Below, piece after piece: positions 9,614 to 19,471 of a stretch of 42,053 nt of DNA (positions within the stretch are counted from its first letter, which is position 1; the number at the start of each line of letters is the position of its first letter). The DNA comes from an uncultured Candidatus Peribacteria bacterium. GTDB taxonomy: Bacteria; Patescibacteriota; Gracilibacteria; UBA1369; LOWO2-01-FULL-3. The stretch lies in assembly GCA_964406295.1 (NCBI GenBank), contig CAYORB010000003.1, forward strand, positions 1 through 42,053, given 5' to 3'. The position numbers were made by a program, and so were the translations under genes. Below the pieces are notes generated by a model. The model searched no databases, was not told the origin of the DNA, and saw only the letters and a list, made by a program, of their open reading frames with translations.

Positions 9614-10588
9614 ATGGAATTATTATCCTGGATAGGAATATTCGTCCTATCACTGCTAGCCTTACTAAAATCTGCTGACTGGTTCACACAAACAGCAGAA
9701 AAAATCGGACTTCATTTCAAACTATCACCATTCATAATCGGTGTAACTATAGTGGCTCTAGGAACATCGCTTCCAGAGATTGCCACTTCAGTTATTTCCG
9801 TAATTGGCGGACACTCAGAGATAGTAATAGGAAATGTTGTGGGGTCAAACATAGCAAATACATTGCTAGTACTAGGTTTCACCTCGGTTATCGGAGGTTG
9901 TTTAGTAGTAAATAAAAATATAATCAAAGTAGATCTTCCCATTCTCCTAGGTGCAACTGCCATGCTTTATATAACAACTTTAGATGGGAACTTTACATAT
10001 ATAGACGGAATACTCTCCCTTTTAGCCCTAGCCACCTACCTTGTATACAATGCAACCAGCGAACACAGGGTTGAGGAAAAAGAAATGAGAGAAATTTCGA
10101 AAAAAAAAGTAAAAGAAATAAAAGAATCAAAAAAAGATCACTTACATATAAAGTATCCATTCATTCTTATTGGATCAGGTATCCTTTTATACTTTTCTGC
10201 TAACTACACAATAGAATCCGTAGTGAAAATAGCCGAATTTCTTAAAATAGGAACAGACCTCATAGCAATCTCTGCAATAGCAATTGGTACATCCCTACCG
10301 GAATTAGCAGTTTCAGCAACAGCAGCTAAAAATGGAAAAAGTGATATCGCTATAGGAAATATAACAGGATCAAATATTTTCAATGCATTAGGGGTAATGG
10401 GAATTTCGTCAATATTTGGCGATTTACATATACCAAGTAATTTCATCACCACAACAATCCCAATCTTAGTAGTAGTTACTATTCTATACACCTTCGTAAC
10501 TATGGAAAAACATATTTCAAAATGGGAAGGGATAACCCTTTTACTACTATATACAGCATTTATGGGAAAAACTTTTGGATTAATATAG
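9614..10588 (+). CDS. Calcium/sodium antiporter (CaCA superfamily, YrbG-like)
   Basis: Two alpha-repeats GTSLPE...GNVVGSN and GTSLPE...GNITGSN; about 10 hydrophobic segments. Confidence 0.92.
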   Translation: MELLSWIGIFVLSLLALLKSADWFTQTAEKIGLHFKLSPFIIGVTIVALGTSLPEIATSVISVIGGHSEIVIGNVVGSNIANTLLVLGFTSVIGGCLVVNKNIIKVDLPILLGATAMLYITTLDGNFTYIDGILSLLALATYLVYNATSEHRVEEKEMREISKKKVKEIKESKKDHLHIKYPFILIGSGILLYFSANYTIESVVKIAEFLKIGTDLIAISAIAIGTSLPELAVSATAAKNGKSDIAIGNITGSNIFNALGVMGISSIFGDLHIPSNFITTTIPILVVVTILYTFVTMEKHISKWEGITLLLLYTAFMGKTFGLI

Positions 10589-10608
10589 GGTTTTCTATAA
10601 AAAAGGTA

Positions 10609-10637
10609 TTGACTACCCAATAGTGCATCTGTATATT
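10609..10637 (+). promoter_or_regulatory. Putative sigma70 promoter of rplC and downstream genes
   Basis: TTGACT-N17-TATATT. Confidence 0.7.
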
Positions 10638-10643
10638 CGATAG

Positions 10644-10726
10644 GCATTTTTGGAATGCAAGTTAATTAGCTCTTGAGCGGGTTCACCGAAAATCTTCTCA
10701 AGGCCCCTGAAACAATCAGGATTAAC
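10644..10726 (+). ncRNA. Structured rplC 5' leader (multi-stem junction)
   Basis: GCATT/AATGC hairpin; closing stem GTTAAT(10661)/ATTAAC(10721) enclosing CTTGAG/CTCAAG (inner CGG/CCG) and CCTGA/TCAGG. Confidence 0.55.
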
Positions 10727-10738
10727 CTCTACAAAATT

Positions 10739-11326
10739 ATGACAGGAATTCTCGGAAAAAAAATAGGTATGACTCGTCTCTTTGAAGATGATGGTCGCGT
10801 GATCCCAGTTACTGTAGTAAGCTGTGAACCAAACGAGGTGGTGCAGGTTAAAACGGCAGAAAAAGATGGATATCCGGCGTTAGTCCTTGGTTTTTCCAAA
10901 TTACAAAAACCAACAAAGACTAAGAAGTTTAGAAGAGTTAGAGAATTCACTATCGCAGAAGACCAAGTAGCTAATTATAAGAAGGGAGATTTAGTTAGCT
11001 TGGAAAGCTTTGCGGGGATAGAAAAAGTGACTATCGTTTCTACTTCAAAAGGTAAGGGGTTCCAGGGTGTAATTAAGAGACATAATTTCTCTCGAGGTCC
11101 AGAAACGCATGGTTCTCATCATCATAGAGAGCCTGGGTCAATCGGGGCTTGTACTAAACCAGGGAGAGTGGCTAAAGGTAAGAAACTTCCAGGTCGTATG
11201 GGGAATGCAAGAGTGACGGTGAAAGGTGTAAAGGTGGTGTTGATAGACGATCAAAAAAATATTATTTGTTTAAAGGGTGCAGTCCCAGGGCCAAATGGTG
11301 GTCTAGTTACAATTAAAACAGTATGA
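10739..11326 (+). CDS. rplC: 50S ribosomal protein uL3
   Basis: GILGKKIGMT, SKGKGFQGVIKRH, HHHREPGSIG; ATG 10739 is preferred over the TTG 10673 in the ORF track. Confidence 0.98.
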   Translation: MTGILGKKIGMTRLFEDDGRVIPVTVVSCEPNEVVQVKTAEKDGYPALVLGFSKLQKPTKTKKFRRVREFTIAEDQVANYKKGDLVSLESFAGIEKVTIVSTSKGKGFQGVIKRHNFSRGPETHGSHHHREPGSIGACTKPGRVAKGKKLPGRMGNARVTVKGVKVVLIDDQKNIICLKGAVPGPNGGLVTIKTV

Positions 11327-11970
11327 AAATAGATTTGTATAATCAGAAAGGAGATAAGAGTGGAGCTTTAGAGCTTCCAAGTAAAATGTTTGAAGTGCCA
11401 TTTAATAAAGATCTTATTCATCAAGCTCTAGTTAGGCAGCTTGCTAATAGAAGAGTAGCTATTGCTCATGTTAAAACTAGAGGAGATGTTAGGGGTGGTG
11501 GTCGTAAACCGTTCAAACAGAAAGGTACTGGTAATGCTAGGCAGGGTACTATTCGTGCACCACATATGAAGGGTGGTGGTGTAGTATTTGGTCCAAGCAA
11601 GGATAGAAATTTTTCAAAAGACATGCCAAGAAAGCAAAGAAGGAAGGCCTTGTTCTCTGCATTGTCTGAAAAAGCTCGTAGTAATCAGATTATTGGGCTT
11701 GAATCTTATGAGGCTGAGGCGCCAAAAACTAAAGATTTTGCAGCAATGATTGCTAAAATGCCAATAGAAAGAAATGTTTTAGTTGTCATTCCGGCAAAAA
11801 ATAAATTAATTCAACAAGCAAGCAGTAATTTAGCTAATGTAAAAACTATTATTGCAAACTATCTAAATATTCACGATCTGCAAAAATATAGACAAGTTAT
11901 TATAATGAAAGACGCAGTAGAAACATTGAAAGAAGTATTTTGTAAAAGTTTAGAAAAAGAGCTTAAATAA
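11323..11970 (+). CDS. rplD: 50S ribosomal protein uL4
   Basis: KTRGDVRGGGRKPFKQKGTGNARQG; ATGA overlap with rplC. Confidence 0.98.
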   Translation: MKIDLYNQKGDKSGALELPSKMFEVPFNKDLIHQALVRQLANRRVAIAHVKTRGDVRGGGRKPFKQKGTGNARQGTIRAPHMKGGGVVFGPSKDRNFSKDMPRKQRRKALFSALSEKARSNQIIGLESYEAEAPKTKDFAAMIAKMPIERNVLVVIPAKNKLIQQASSNLANVKTIIANYLNIHDLQKYRQVIIMKDAVETLKEVFCKSLEKELK

Positions 11971-11981
11971 TTGTAAAAATA

Positions 11982-12287
11982 ATGAAAACATACTCAACAA
12001 TAATTAGATCAATCGTTACTGAGAAAAGTTCAAGAGCTCAAGAAAAGGGGTGTTATACTTTCTTGGTTAGTATGAGGGCAACTAAAGTTGATATTAAAAA
12101 CGCAATCAAAGCAATGTTTGGTGTTGAAGTGGCCAAAGTGACCACTTCAGTGTCTCCAAGTAAGTCAAGGATGTTAAAAGGTAAATATGAATGGGTGAAA
12201 AGACCGAAGTTTAAAAAAGCTATTGTAAGCCTTAAAGGTGGTAAAACTATAGATCCAAATAAAATTGAATTTAAGACTAAAAAATAA
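11982..12287 (+). CDS. rplW: 50S ribosomal protein uL23
   Basis: [23 protein letters not shown]; synteny. Confidence 0.96.
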   Translation: MKTYSTIIRSIVTEKSSRAQEKGCYTFLVSMRATKVDIKNAIKAMFGVEVAKVTTSVSPSKSRMLKGKYEWVKRPKFKKAIVSLKGGKTIDPNKIEFKTKK

Positions 12288-12289
12288 TT

Positions 12290-13123
12290 ATGGCTTTAAA
12301 GAAATTTAAACCAACAACACCGAGTAGAAGACATATGACTGTAGCTTCGTTTGACGAAATTACTACAGACAAGCCAGAAAAGTCACTTTTGATTACTTTA
12401 AATAAGAAATCTGGAAGGAATAATACTGGAAGTGTTACCGTTAGACATAGAGGTGGTGGTGCTAAAAGAAGATATAGACTGATTGACTTTAAGAGAGCTG
12501 ACAAGAATGGTATAGAGGGTAAGGTTAAGACTGTAGAGTATGACCCAAATAGAACTGCCTATATTATGTTAGTTAATTACCGTGATGGTGAGAAAAGATA
12601 TCACATTGCTCCAGCAGATATAGCGGTTGATGATAAAATAATGTGCGCACCAAAAGCTAAAATTAAAGCTGGTAATAGAATGGAGATAAATAACATTCCT
12701 GTAGGATATTCTATATATAATGTGGAGTTGCACGAGGGGAAAGGTGGTCAAATGGCCAGAAGTGCTGGGTCATCATTAAAACTTGTTTCTCTTGAAGGAG
12801 ATTATGCACAAATTTTAATGCCATCTGGAGAAGTAAGGCTGGTAAGTAAAAAATGTTATGCGACAGTGGGGACGGTAAGTAATATTGAACATAGTGGTAT
12901 AAAGATTGGTAAAGCAGGAAGAATGAGGCACAAAGGTCGTAGACCGCAAGTAAGAGGTAAGGCGATGAACGCAGTTGATCATCCACATGGTGGTGGTGAA
13001 GGTGGAGCTTCTATAGGATTGAAGCACCCAAAAACTCCATGGGGATTGCCTGCACTTGGATTTAAAACTAGAAAAAGACATTATACTGATAAGATGATCG
13101 TTAAGGATCGTAGAAGAAAATAA
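12290..13123 (+). CDS. rplB: 50S ribosomal protein uL2
   Basis: [22 protein letters not shown]. Confidence 0.99.
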   Translation: MALKKFKPTTPSRRHMTVASFDEITTDKPEKSLLITLNKKSGRNNTGSVTVRHRGGGAKRRYRLIDFKRADKNGIEGKVKTVEYDPNRTAYIMLVNYRDGEKRYHIAPADIAVDDKIMCAPKAKIKAGNRMEINNIPVGYSIYNVELHEGKGGQMARSAGSSLKLVSLEGDYAQILMPSGEVRLVSKKCYATVGTVSNIEHSGIKIGKAGRMRHKGRRPQVRGKAMNAVDHPHGGGEGGASIGLKHPKTPWGLPALGFKTRKRHYTDKMIVKDRRRK

Positions 13124-13132
13124 CCCTATAAC

Positions 13133-13405
13133 ATGGCACGAAGTAGTAAAAAAGGACCGTTTATTGACCCAAGATTGTTGAAGAAAGTTGCAGCAATGGA
13201 GGCGTCAGGTACGAGAAAACCAATTAAAACTTGGTATAGACGTTCAGTGATTTCACCAGAATTCGTAGGGTTTACATTCGCAGTTCATAATGGTAAACAG
13301 TTTATCCCTGTGTTTGTTACAGAAACTATGGTTGGACACAAATTAGGAGAATTCTCTCCAACAAAATTGTTTAGAGGACATGGAGGTAAATTAGCTAAAA
13401 AGTAA
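13133..13405 (+). CDS. rpsS: 30S ribosomal protein uS19
   Basis: [25 protein letters not shown]. Confidence 0.99.
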   Translation: MARSSKKGPFIDPRLLKKVAAMEASGTRKPIKTWYRRSVISPEFVGFTFAVHNGKQFIPVFVTETMVGHKLGEFSPTKLFRGHGGKLAKK

Positions 13406-13412
13406 TTAAAAT

Positions 13413-13817
13413 ATGAAAGCAATACTTAGACAAACTAGAATCTCTTCTAAAAAAGCAAACTTAATTGCTCAATTGGTTAGAGGTAAAATGGTAGAAGAAG
13501 CTATGGGTATATTGAAATTCACACCAAAAAAAGCTGCTCCACTCTTGTATAAACTAATTGCTTCTGCAGCGGCTAATGCTGAAGAAAATTTCAAACAAGA
13601 AAAAAGCACTCTTAAAATTAAGGAGATTATAGTAACGGAAGGGCCAACATACAAAAGAAGAAATCTTATTTCTAGAGGTCGTTCTCATCCAATTTTAAAA
13701 AGAACTGCACATATTACAGTTAAATTAGAATCCGTACAAACTCCTAAGAAAAAAGAAGTTAGCACGAAAAAAGAAACTGATTCAAAAAAAGTAGAAGTAA
13801 AGAAATCTGATAAATAA
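13413..13817 (+). CDS. rplV: 50S ribosomal protein uL22
   Basis: RISSKKA, SAAANA, ILKRTAHITV; Lys-rich C-terminal tail. Confidence 0.97.
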   Translation: MKAILRQTRISSKKANLIAQLVRGKMVEEAMGILKFTPKKAAPLLYKLIASAAANAEENFKQEKSTLKIKEIIVTEGPTYKRRNLISRGRSHPILKRTAHITVKLESVQTPKKKEVSTKKETDSKKVEVKKSDK

Positions 13818-13835
13818 TTAATCTTAATCACCAAA

Positions 13836-14516
13836 ATGGGACAAAAAGTTAATCCAAAAGTAATTAGACTAGGCATAACCCACGACTGGGACTCTAAGTG
13901 GTACGCTGGAAAAAAGAACTACGGGAAGTTGTTCCATCAAGACTTGGCGATTGAAAAATTGATTAGAGATAGTTTGGAATCTGATGGTTTATCAAGAATT
14001 GAGATTATGAGAAACCAAGGTAAGATAATTATCAATATATATACATCTAAACCAGGGATAATTATTGGAAGAGGTGGTGAAAGTATTGAAAAGTTAAAAG
14101 AAAAGTTAAACAAGACATTTAAAACAGCGTTTGCAGTTAATATTAAAGAGATCAAGAAACCAATGCTAGATGCTAATGTAGTAGCTGAAAGTATTGCAAG
14201 GCAGGTGGAAAAGAGAATTTCTTACAGAAGAGCAGCAAAAATGTCTATTGAGAAGATTATAGAGTCAGGAGCACTTGGGGCGAAAGTATACTTAGGAGGA
14301 AGATTGAATGGTGTGGAAATTTCTAGAGGAGAATTTTTCAGTAAAGGAAAGATTCCTCTACATACATTTAGAGCAGATATTGATTATGCATCAGTACCAG
14401 CTCATACTACATACGGTAAAATCGGAATTAAAGTATGGATATATAAAGGAGATGTGTTCAAAAAAGATTTAAAAGATAAGTTGGCACAGGAAATAGAAGA
14501 AATAAAACAAGCATAA
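13836..14516 (+). CDS. rpsC: 30S ribosomal protein uS3
   Basis: MGQKVNP, KH motif [21 protein letters not shown]. Confidence 0.99.
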   Translation: MGQKVNPKVIRLGITHDWDSKWYAGKKNYGKLFHQDLAIEKLIRDSLESDGLSRIEIMRNQGKIIINIYTSKPGIIIGRGGESIEKLKEKLNKTFKTAFAVNIKEIKKPMLDANVVAESIARQVEKRISYRRAAKMSIEKIIESGALGAKVYLGGRLNGVEISRGEFFSKGKIPLHTFRADIDYASVPAHTTYGKIGIKVWIYKGDVFKKDLKDKLAQEIEEIKQA

Positions 14517-14529
14517 TTACACAGAAAAC

Positions 14530-14949
14530 ATGTTACAACCTAGAAAAGAAAAGCATAGAAGACAATTTAGAGATAGAGGGTTCCACAAAGGAATTTCTCA
14601 CAAGGGTGCTCTCATTAGTTTTGGAGACTATGCCTTAAAAGCTCAATCTTGTGCAGAAGTAACTGCAAGACAAATAGAAGCTGCTAGAAGAGCAATGACT
14701 AGATATACAAAGAGAGGTGGAAAAATTTGGATTACAATCTTTCCACACAAGAGTATAACTCGAAAAGCATCTGAAGTGCCTATGGGTAGTGGTAAAGGTT
14801 CGCCTGAATTCCACGTAGCAGTTGTGAAACCTGGAAGAATTATGTTTGAAATGTCAGGTGTAACAGAAGAAATAGCAAGAGAGGCAATGATGAGAGCTGC
14901 GCATAAGTTACCTGTAAAATGTAAATTTATCACAAAACACGATCTATAA
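14530..14949 (+). CDS. rplP: 50S ribosomal protein uL16
   Basis: [20 protein letters not shown]. Confidence 0.99.
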   Translation: MLQPRKEKHRRQFRDRGFHKGISHKGALISFGDYALKAQSCAEVTARQIEAARRAMTRYTKRGGKIWITIFPHKSITRKASEVPMGSGKGSPEFHVAVVKPGRIMFEMSGVTEEIAREAMMRAAHKLPVKCKFITKHDL

Positions 14950-15182
14950 TGAAAACTACTGAAGAATTAAGAAAATTAGATACTGGAAAATTGTTACAAG
15001 AACTTGAAGAAGCGCTTAAGGAAGGATTTAAAATAAGCTTCGCTGTAAAAAATGATCAAGCAAGTAATACTGATAAAATCAAAAAATACAGGAAATATAT
15101 AGCAAGAATTAAGACAATAATTAAAGAGAAATCAAACGAAGTTCAAGGAAATTCCAAAGAAAACCTTGAAAAAGAAGTATAA
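14949..15182 (+). CDS. rpmC: 50S ribosomal protein uL29
   Basis: ELR...IARIKTII; synteny; TAATG overlap with rplP. Confidence 0.92.
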   Translation: MKTTEELRKLDTGKLLQELEEALKEGFKISFAVKNDQASNTDKIKKYRKYIARIKTIIKEKSNEVQGNSKENLEKEV

Positions 15183-15205
15183 ACAATCTATAAACTTACA
15201 TCACG

Positions 15206-15451
15206 ATGAGATCAAAAAAAGGAAAAGTAACTAGCGTAAAACAAGATAAGACAATTGTTGTAACTGTACATAGATATGAGAATCACCCAATTTATAAAAA
15301 AAGATTCAGAATCTCAAAAAAATTCCACGTTCATAATCCAGAGAATAAAGAGTTCGAAATAGGAGAAGAGGTGACATTCTACGAAACTAGACCAATCAGC
15401 AAATTGAAGAGATGGACAATCGTTAACCCAGAAGAAACTAAAAAAGCATAA
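15206..15451 (+). CDS. rpsQ: 30S ribosomal protein uS17
   Basis: DKTIVV, HPIYKKR, ETRPISK. Confidence 0.98.
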   Translation: MRSKKGKVTSVKQDKTIVVTVHRYENHPIYKKRFRISKKFHVHNPENKEFEIGEEVTFYETRPISKLKRWTIVNPEETKKA

Positions 15452-15453
15452 AT

Positions 15454-15822
15454 ATGATTCAAGACGAAACTAAATTAAATGTAGCAGATAATACAGGGGC
15501 AAAAGTAGCTCAATGTATCAAAGTTCTAGGTGGATCAAAAAGACGTTATGCTAGAATTGGAGACAAGATTGTAGTTGCTATAAAAGAAGCTAGTCCAAAA
15601 GGAGTGGTGAAGAAGAAAGCTATTGAAAGAGCTGTTGTAGTAAGACAAGTAAAAGAATTTAGCAGAAAAGACGGTTCAAAGATTAGATTTAGTGAAAATG
15701 CAGTTGTTATAATAGATAAAGATGGAAATCCAAAAGGAACTCGTGTATTTGGACCAGTTGCAAGAGAGTTAAGAGAAAGAGGGTATCAAAAAATCATTTC
15801 GCAAGCACCAGAAGTACTATAA
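15454..15822 (+). CDS. rplN: 50S ribosomal protein uL14
   Basis: [26 protein letters not shown]. Confidence 0.99.
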   Translation: MIQDETKLNVADNTGAKVAQCIKVLGGSKRRYARIGDKIVVAIKEASPKGVVKKKAIERAVVVRQVKEFSRKDGSKIRFSENAVVIIDKDGNPKGTRVFGPVARELRERGYQKIISQAPEVL

Positions 15823-15834
15823 TAAATTAAAATC

Positions 15835-16158
15835 ATGAGAGTAAAAGAAGGAGACAACGTGGTAGTAATAGCAGGAAAAGACAAGGGGAAAACTGGAAAG
15901 ATTGTTAAAATCTTAAGAAACCAGGATAAAGTGGTTGTGGAAAAAGTTAATATTCGTACAAAACATATTAAAAAGACTGCGCAAAGAGCTGGAGAAAGAG
16001 TCCAATATGAAGCACCAATTCAAGCTTCAAATGTAATGATAATTTGTCCGGAAACAGGAAAAAGAACTAGAGTTGGATACAAAAAACTGGAAAATGGAAA
16101 AAAAGAAAGAATTTCAAAGAAAAGTAATCAATCATTAGATAACAAGATAAAGAAATAA
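15835..16158 (+). CDS. rplX: 50S ribosomal protein uL24
   Basis: KOW motif GDNVVVIAGKDKGKTG, EAPIQASNV. Confidence 0.98.
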   Translation: MRVKEGDNVVVIAGKDKGKTGKIVKILRNQDKVVVEKVNIRTKHIKKTAQRAGERVQYEAPIQASNVMIICPETGKRTRVGYKKLENGKKERISKKSNQSLDNKIKK

Positions 16159-16160
16159 CA

Positions 16161-16718
16161 ATGGCACAAGCTACAGACCTACAAACTAGATTCAAGAAAG
16201 AAATAATGCCTGAATTGAAAAAGGAACTATCTATCAAAAATGATATGGCGGTACCTCAAGTGACTAAAATTGTCATCAATGCTGGTATAGGAAACTACTT
16301 GAAAACACATAAAAAAGACTTCGAAACAGTTGTAAATAATATTTCTGCAATTGCAGGACAAAAAGCTTTAACTAATAAAGCTAAGAAATCAGTTTCTAAC
16401 TTTAAAATTAGAGAAGGAGACGTAGTAGGAGTAAGCGTTACACTAAGAGGAAAAAGAATGTATGACTTCTTAAACAAGCTTATAAATGTTGTATTCCCTC
16501 GTGTTAGAGATTTCCGTGGAATTTCACCAAAAGCTTTCGATGGAAATGGAAATTATAGCATAGGATTCAAAGAACATACAGTATTTCCAGAAATTAGTCC
16601 TGACGAAGTAAGTAATTTGCATGGTGTTCAAGTAAGTATTACTACATCTGCAAAAGATAATGAAGAAGGAAAAACACTACTTACATTATTAGGATTCCCC
16701 TTTAAAAAACTTAAATAA
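16161..16718 (+). CDS. rplE: 50S ribosomal protein uL5
   Basis: [26 protein letters not shown]. Confidence 0.99.
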   Translation: MAQATDLQTRFKKEIMPELKKELSIKNDMAVPQVTKIVINAGIGNYLKTHKKDFETVVNNISAIAGQKALTNKAKKSVSNFKIREGDVVGVSVTLRGKRMYDFLNKLINVVFPRVRDFRGISPKAFDGNGNYSIGFKEHTVFPEISPDEVSNLHGVQVSITTSAKDNEEGKTLLTLLGFPFKKLK

Positions 16719-16729
16719 CAACAATAGAA

Positions 16730-16954
16730 ATGGCAAGATGCGCCCTACATGTAAAAAATATAAGAGCAAAACTACGAGCAAGTAGACAACACGCAAGTGG
16801 TAGAAAAATTAATTTCCCAACTCGTATTTATAACAGATGTGGAAAATGTTCAAGAATTGGAGGATATATGAGAAGATTTGACCTTTGCAGAATATGTTTC
16901 AGAGAACTGGCAAGAGAAGGTAAAATCATGGGGGTTAAAAAATCATCTTGGTAA
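16730..16954 (+). CDS. rpsN: 30S ribosomal protein uS14, zinc-binding type, 74 aa
   Basis: NRCGKC...[10 protein letters not shown]...GVKKSSW. Confidence 0.97.
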   Translation: MARCALHVKNIRAKLRASRQHASGRKINFPTRIYNRCGKCSRIGGYMRRFDLCRICFRELAREGKIMGVKKSSW

Positions 16955-16980
16955 AATACTAAACAACAATAATTAAAAAC

Positions 16981-17364
16981 ATGAATACAGATCCAATAGC
17001 AGACTTATTAACAAGAATTAGAAACGCATCTAAAGCAAGACATGAGACAACAAACGTTTCACATTCAAAAATTAAAGAAAACATTCTTAAAATTTTGAAA
17101 AACAAAGGCTTTATTGCAGATTTTTCAGTAGAAACAGAAGGAAAATTTAAAGTTTTAGAAATAGATTTAAAAGAAGAACTATCAAATATCAATATTAAGA
17201 GAGTAAGCAAACCTGGACAAAGAATTTATATGAAAAGAGATGAGCTAAAACCTGTGAAAAGCGGGATTGGAATCTCTATTATATCAACATCAAAAGGATT
17301 AATGACAAATTCAGAAGCTAGAAGACAAAATCTAGGAGGAGAATTGATCTGTGAAATATACTAA
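16981..17364 (+). CDS. rpsH: 30S ribosomal protein uS8
   Basis: DPIADLLTRIRNA, SKPGQRIY, STSKGLMT. Confidence 0.99.
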   Translation: MNTDPIADLLTRIRNASKARHETTNVSHSKIKENILKILKNKGFIADFSVETEGKFKVLEIDLKEELSNINIKRVSKPGQRIYMKRDELKPVKSGIGISIISTSKGLMTNSEARRQNLGGELICEIY

Positions 17365-17373
17365 CCAAGAACA

Positions 17374-17922
17374 ATGTCAAGAATAGGAAAAGAACCAATC
17401 AGCATCCCAAGTGGAGTTACAGTAGACATCAAAAATAACTTTGCAGTGGTAAAGGGGCCTAAAGGAGAGTTGCAAAAGCAGCTTCACACAAACATGAAGA
17501 TCGAAGTTAAAGATGATAAAATTTTTGTAACTAGACCAAACGATACAAAAGAAAATAAATCTTTACACGGGTTAACAAGAACACTTCTAGCAAACATGGT
17601 TGAAGGTGTTACTAAAGGATTTGAAAAAAGACTAGAGATTGTTGGTGTAGGTTACAAAGCAAGTGCAGCTAAAAATAAGATTACATTAAATCTTGGTTTC
17701 TCACATCCAATCGAATACATAGCAGAAGGAGTAGAATTCACAATAGACAAAGAAAATAAGAATATAATCATAATAAGAGGTATAGATAAACAAATAGTAG
17801 GAGAAGTGGCAGCAAAAGTTAGATCATACAAAAAACCAGAACCATATAAAGGAAAAGGTATTAAGTACATCGGTGAACATATCATCAGAAAAGCTGGTAA
17901 AGCTGCTGGTGCCGCTGCCTAA
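17374..17922 (+). CDS. rplF: 50S ribosomal protein uL6
   Basis: MSRIGK, GVGYKA, PEPYKGKGI. Confidence 0.99.
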   Translation: MSRIGKEPISIPSGVTVDIKNNFAVVKGPKGELQKQLHTNMKIEVKDDKIFVTRPNDTKENKSLHGLTRTLLANMVEGVTKGFEKRLEIVGVGYKASAAKNKITLNLGFSHPIEYIAEGVEFTIDKENKNIIIIRGIDKQIVGEVAAKVRSYKKPEPYKGKGIKYIGEHIIRKAGKAAGAAA

Positions 17923-17951
17923 CAATCAAATAATCTAAGAACTTAATTACA

Positions 17952-18299
17952 ATGGCAACTCAAAAAATAACAGCAAGGAATAGAAGAAAAACAAGAATTC
18001 GTTCTAAAATAATTGGAAGTGCTGAAATACCAAGATTAACAGTATTCAGAAGTTTGAATCATATTTATGCACAATTAATTGATGATAGTACAGGAACAGT
18101 GTTAGCTAGCACTTCAGACATGAAGGGGAATGAAAAAGGGACTAAAACTGAAAAAGCTAAAACTGTTGGAAAAGAAATAGCTAAAAAGGCAGGAGAGAAA
18201 AAAATTACTAAAGTTGTATTCGATAGAAATGGATATAAGTATCACGGACGTGTCAAGGCGGTAGCTGAAGCAGCACGTGAGGAAGGATTAAAATTTTAA
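17952..18299 (+). CDS. rplR: 50S ribosomal protein uL18
   Basis: [20 protein letters not shown]. Confidence 0.99.
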   Translation: MATQKITARNRRKTRIRSKIIGSAEIPRLTVFRSLNHIYAQLIDDSTGTVLASTSDMKGNEKGTKTEKAKTVGKEIAKKAGEKKITKVVFDRNGYKYHGRVKAVAEAAREEGLKF

Positions 18300-18317
18300 C
18301 CAGTATCTAAACTTAAC

Positions 18318-18953
18318 ATGGCAAAACAAGCATACAGAAAAAAAGGATTTAGGAAGAGGGAACCAAAAGAATTTGAAGAGGAGGTTATTAAAATTGACCG
18401 TGTAACAAGAGTAGTAAAAGGTGGTCGCAAATTAAGATTTAGAGCAACTGTCGTAATTGGTAATAAGAAAGGGAAAGTAGGTGTTGGTATAGGAAAATCA
18501 GTTGAAGTAACAGGTGCAATACAAAAAGCAATTGCAAAAGCAAAGAAAGATATGGTTTTAATAAAACTTGATGGAAATACTATTCCACATGAGACTAATA
18601 TAAAATATAAAGCTGCAAAAATTCTTCTACTGCCAGCTGTACCAGGTACAGGTTTGATAGCTGGAGGTACAATACGTAAAGTATTAGAACTTGCAGGTGT
18701 AAAAGATATTTTAAGTAAATGTTATGGAACAACAAATAAAGTAAACAATACTAAAGCCACATTCAAAGCTTTATCTGAACTAAGAGAGACTCCTGGAATG
18801 GCAAAAAGAGCTGCGGACAGAAGAAAAAAAGCTGCTGCAACAAAACCTGTAGCAAAAGCTCCAAAAACTAAACCTGAAGCAAAGAAAGCAGAAAAACCTG
18901 CTCCAAAGGCTAAACCTGAGGTAAAGAAAAAAGAAGAAACTCAATCTAAATAA
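18318..18953 (+). CDS. rpsE: 30S ribosomal protein uS5
   Basis: RVTRVVKGGR, PGTGLIAGG; Ala/Lys/Pro-rich C-terminal extension. Confidence 0.98.
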   Translation: MAKQAYRKKGFRKREPKEFEEEVIKIDRVTRVVKGGRKLRFRATVVIGNKKGKVGVGIGKSVEVTGAIQKAIAKAKKDMVLIKLDGNTIPHETNIKYKAAKILLLPAVPGTGLIAGGTIRKVLELAGVKDILSKCYGTTNKVNNTKATFKALSELRETPGMAKRAADRRKKAAATKPVAKAPKTKPEAKKAEKPAPKAKPEVKKKEETQSK

Positions 18954-18971
18954 TTAATTAACTAAGATATC

Positions 18972-19460
18972 GTGTCATTAACAGAATTAAGTAGTAAAAA
19001 CGGGAAGAAAAAAAGCAAAAGAGTAGGTCGTGGTAATGCATCAGGACATGGAACTTTTAGTTGTAGAGGAATGAATGGACAAAGCGCTAGAAGTGGTGGA
19101 AGAAGAAGACCTGGATTCGAAGGTGGACAAACTCCATACATGATGAAGATGCCAAAATTAAAAGGCTTCAAAAATCCTAACTATGTTGAATATCAACCAG
19201 TTAATATTGGACAATTAAATGATTTTGAAGATAAAACAACTGTAGACATAGAAACTTTATATTCTAAAAATTTAATTGCAAAGAAAAACAGACCAGTTAA
19301 GCTACTCGCAGGAAAAGGTGAATTAACAAAATCTTTAACAATAGTAGTTCATAAAGCATCTGCAAAAGCTATAGAAGCCGTAAAAGCTCTAAAAGGTAAA
19401 GTGGAACTTCTGCCTGGAAAAAAAATGGTAGAAAAAAAGAAAGCAAAATCTGATCAATAA
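18972..19460 (+). CDS. rplO: 50S ribosomal protein uL15
   Basis: RVGRG, GFEGGQTP; GTG start; follows rpsE directly with no rpmD. Confidence 0.97.
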   Translation: MSLTELSSKNGKKKSKRVGRGNASGHGTFSCRGMNGQSARSGGRRRPGFEGGQTPYMMKMPKLKGFKNPNYVEYQPVNIGQLNDFEDKTTVDIETLYSKNLIAKKNRPVKLLAGKGELTKSLTIVVHKASAKAIEAVKALKGKVELLPGKKMVEKKKAKSDQ

Positions 19461-19471
19461 AAATCTAAGAA

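Noticed and set aside
10673-10738. N-terminal extensions from upstream TTG starts (rplC; likewise rplM 26639 and trmD 30104)
   Set aside because: Homology begins at downstream ATGs with the genome's A(-3) context; the extensions overlap leaders or upstream genes.
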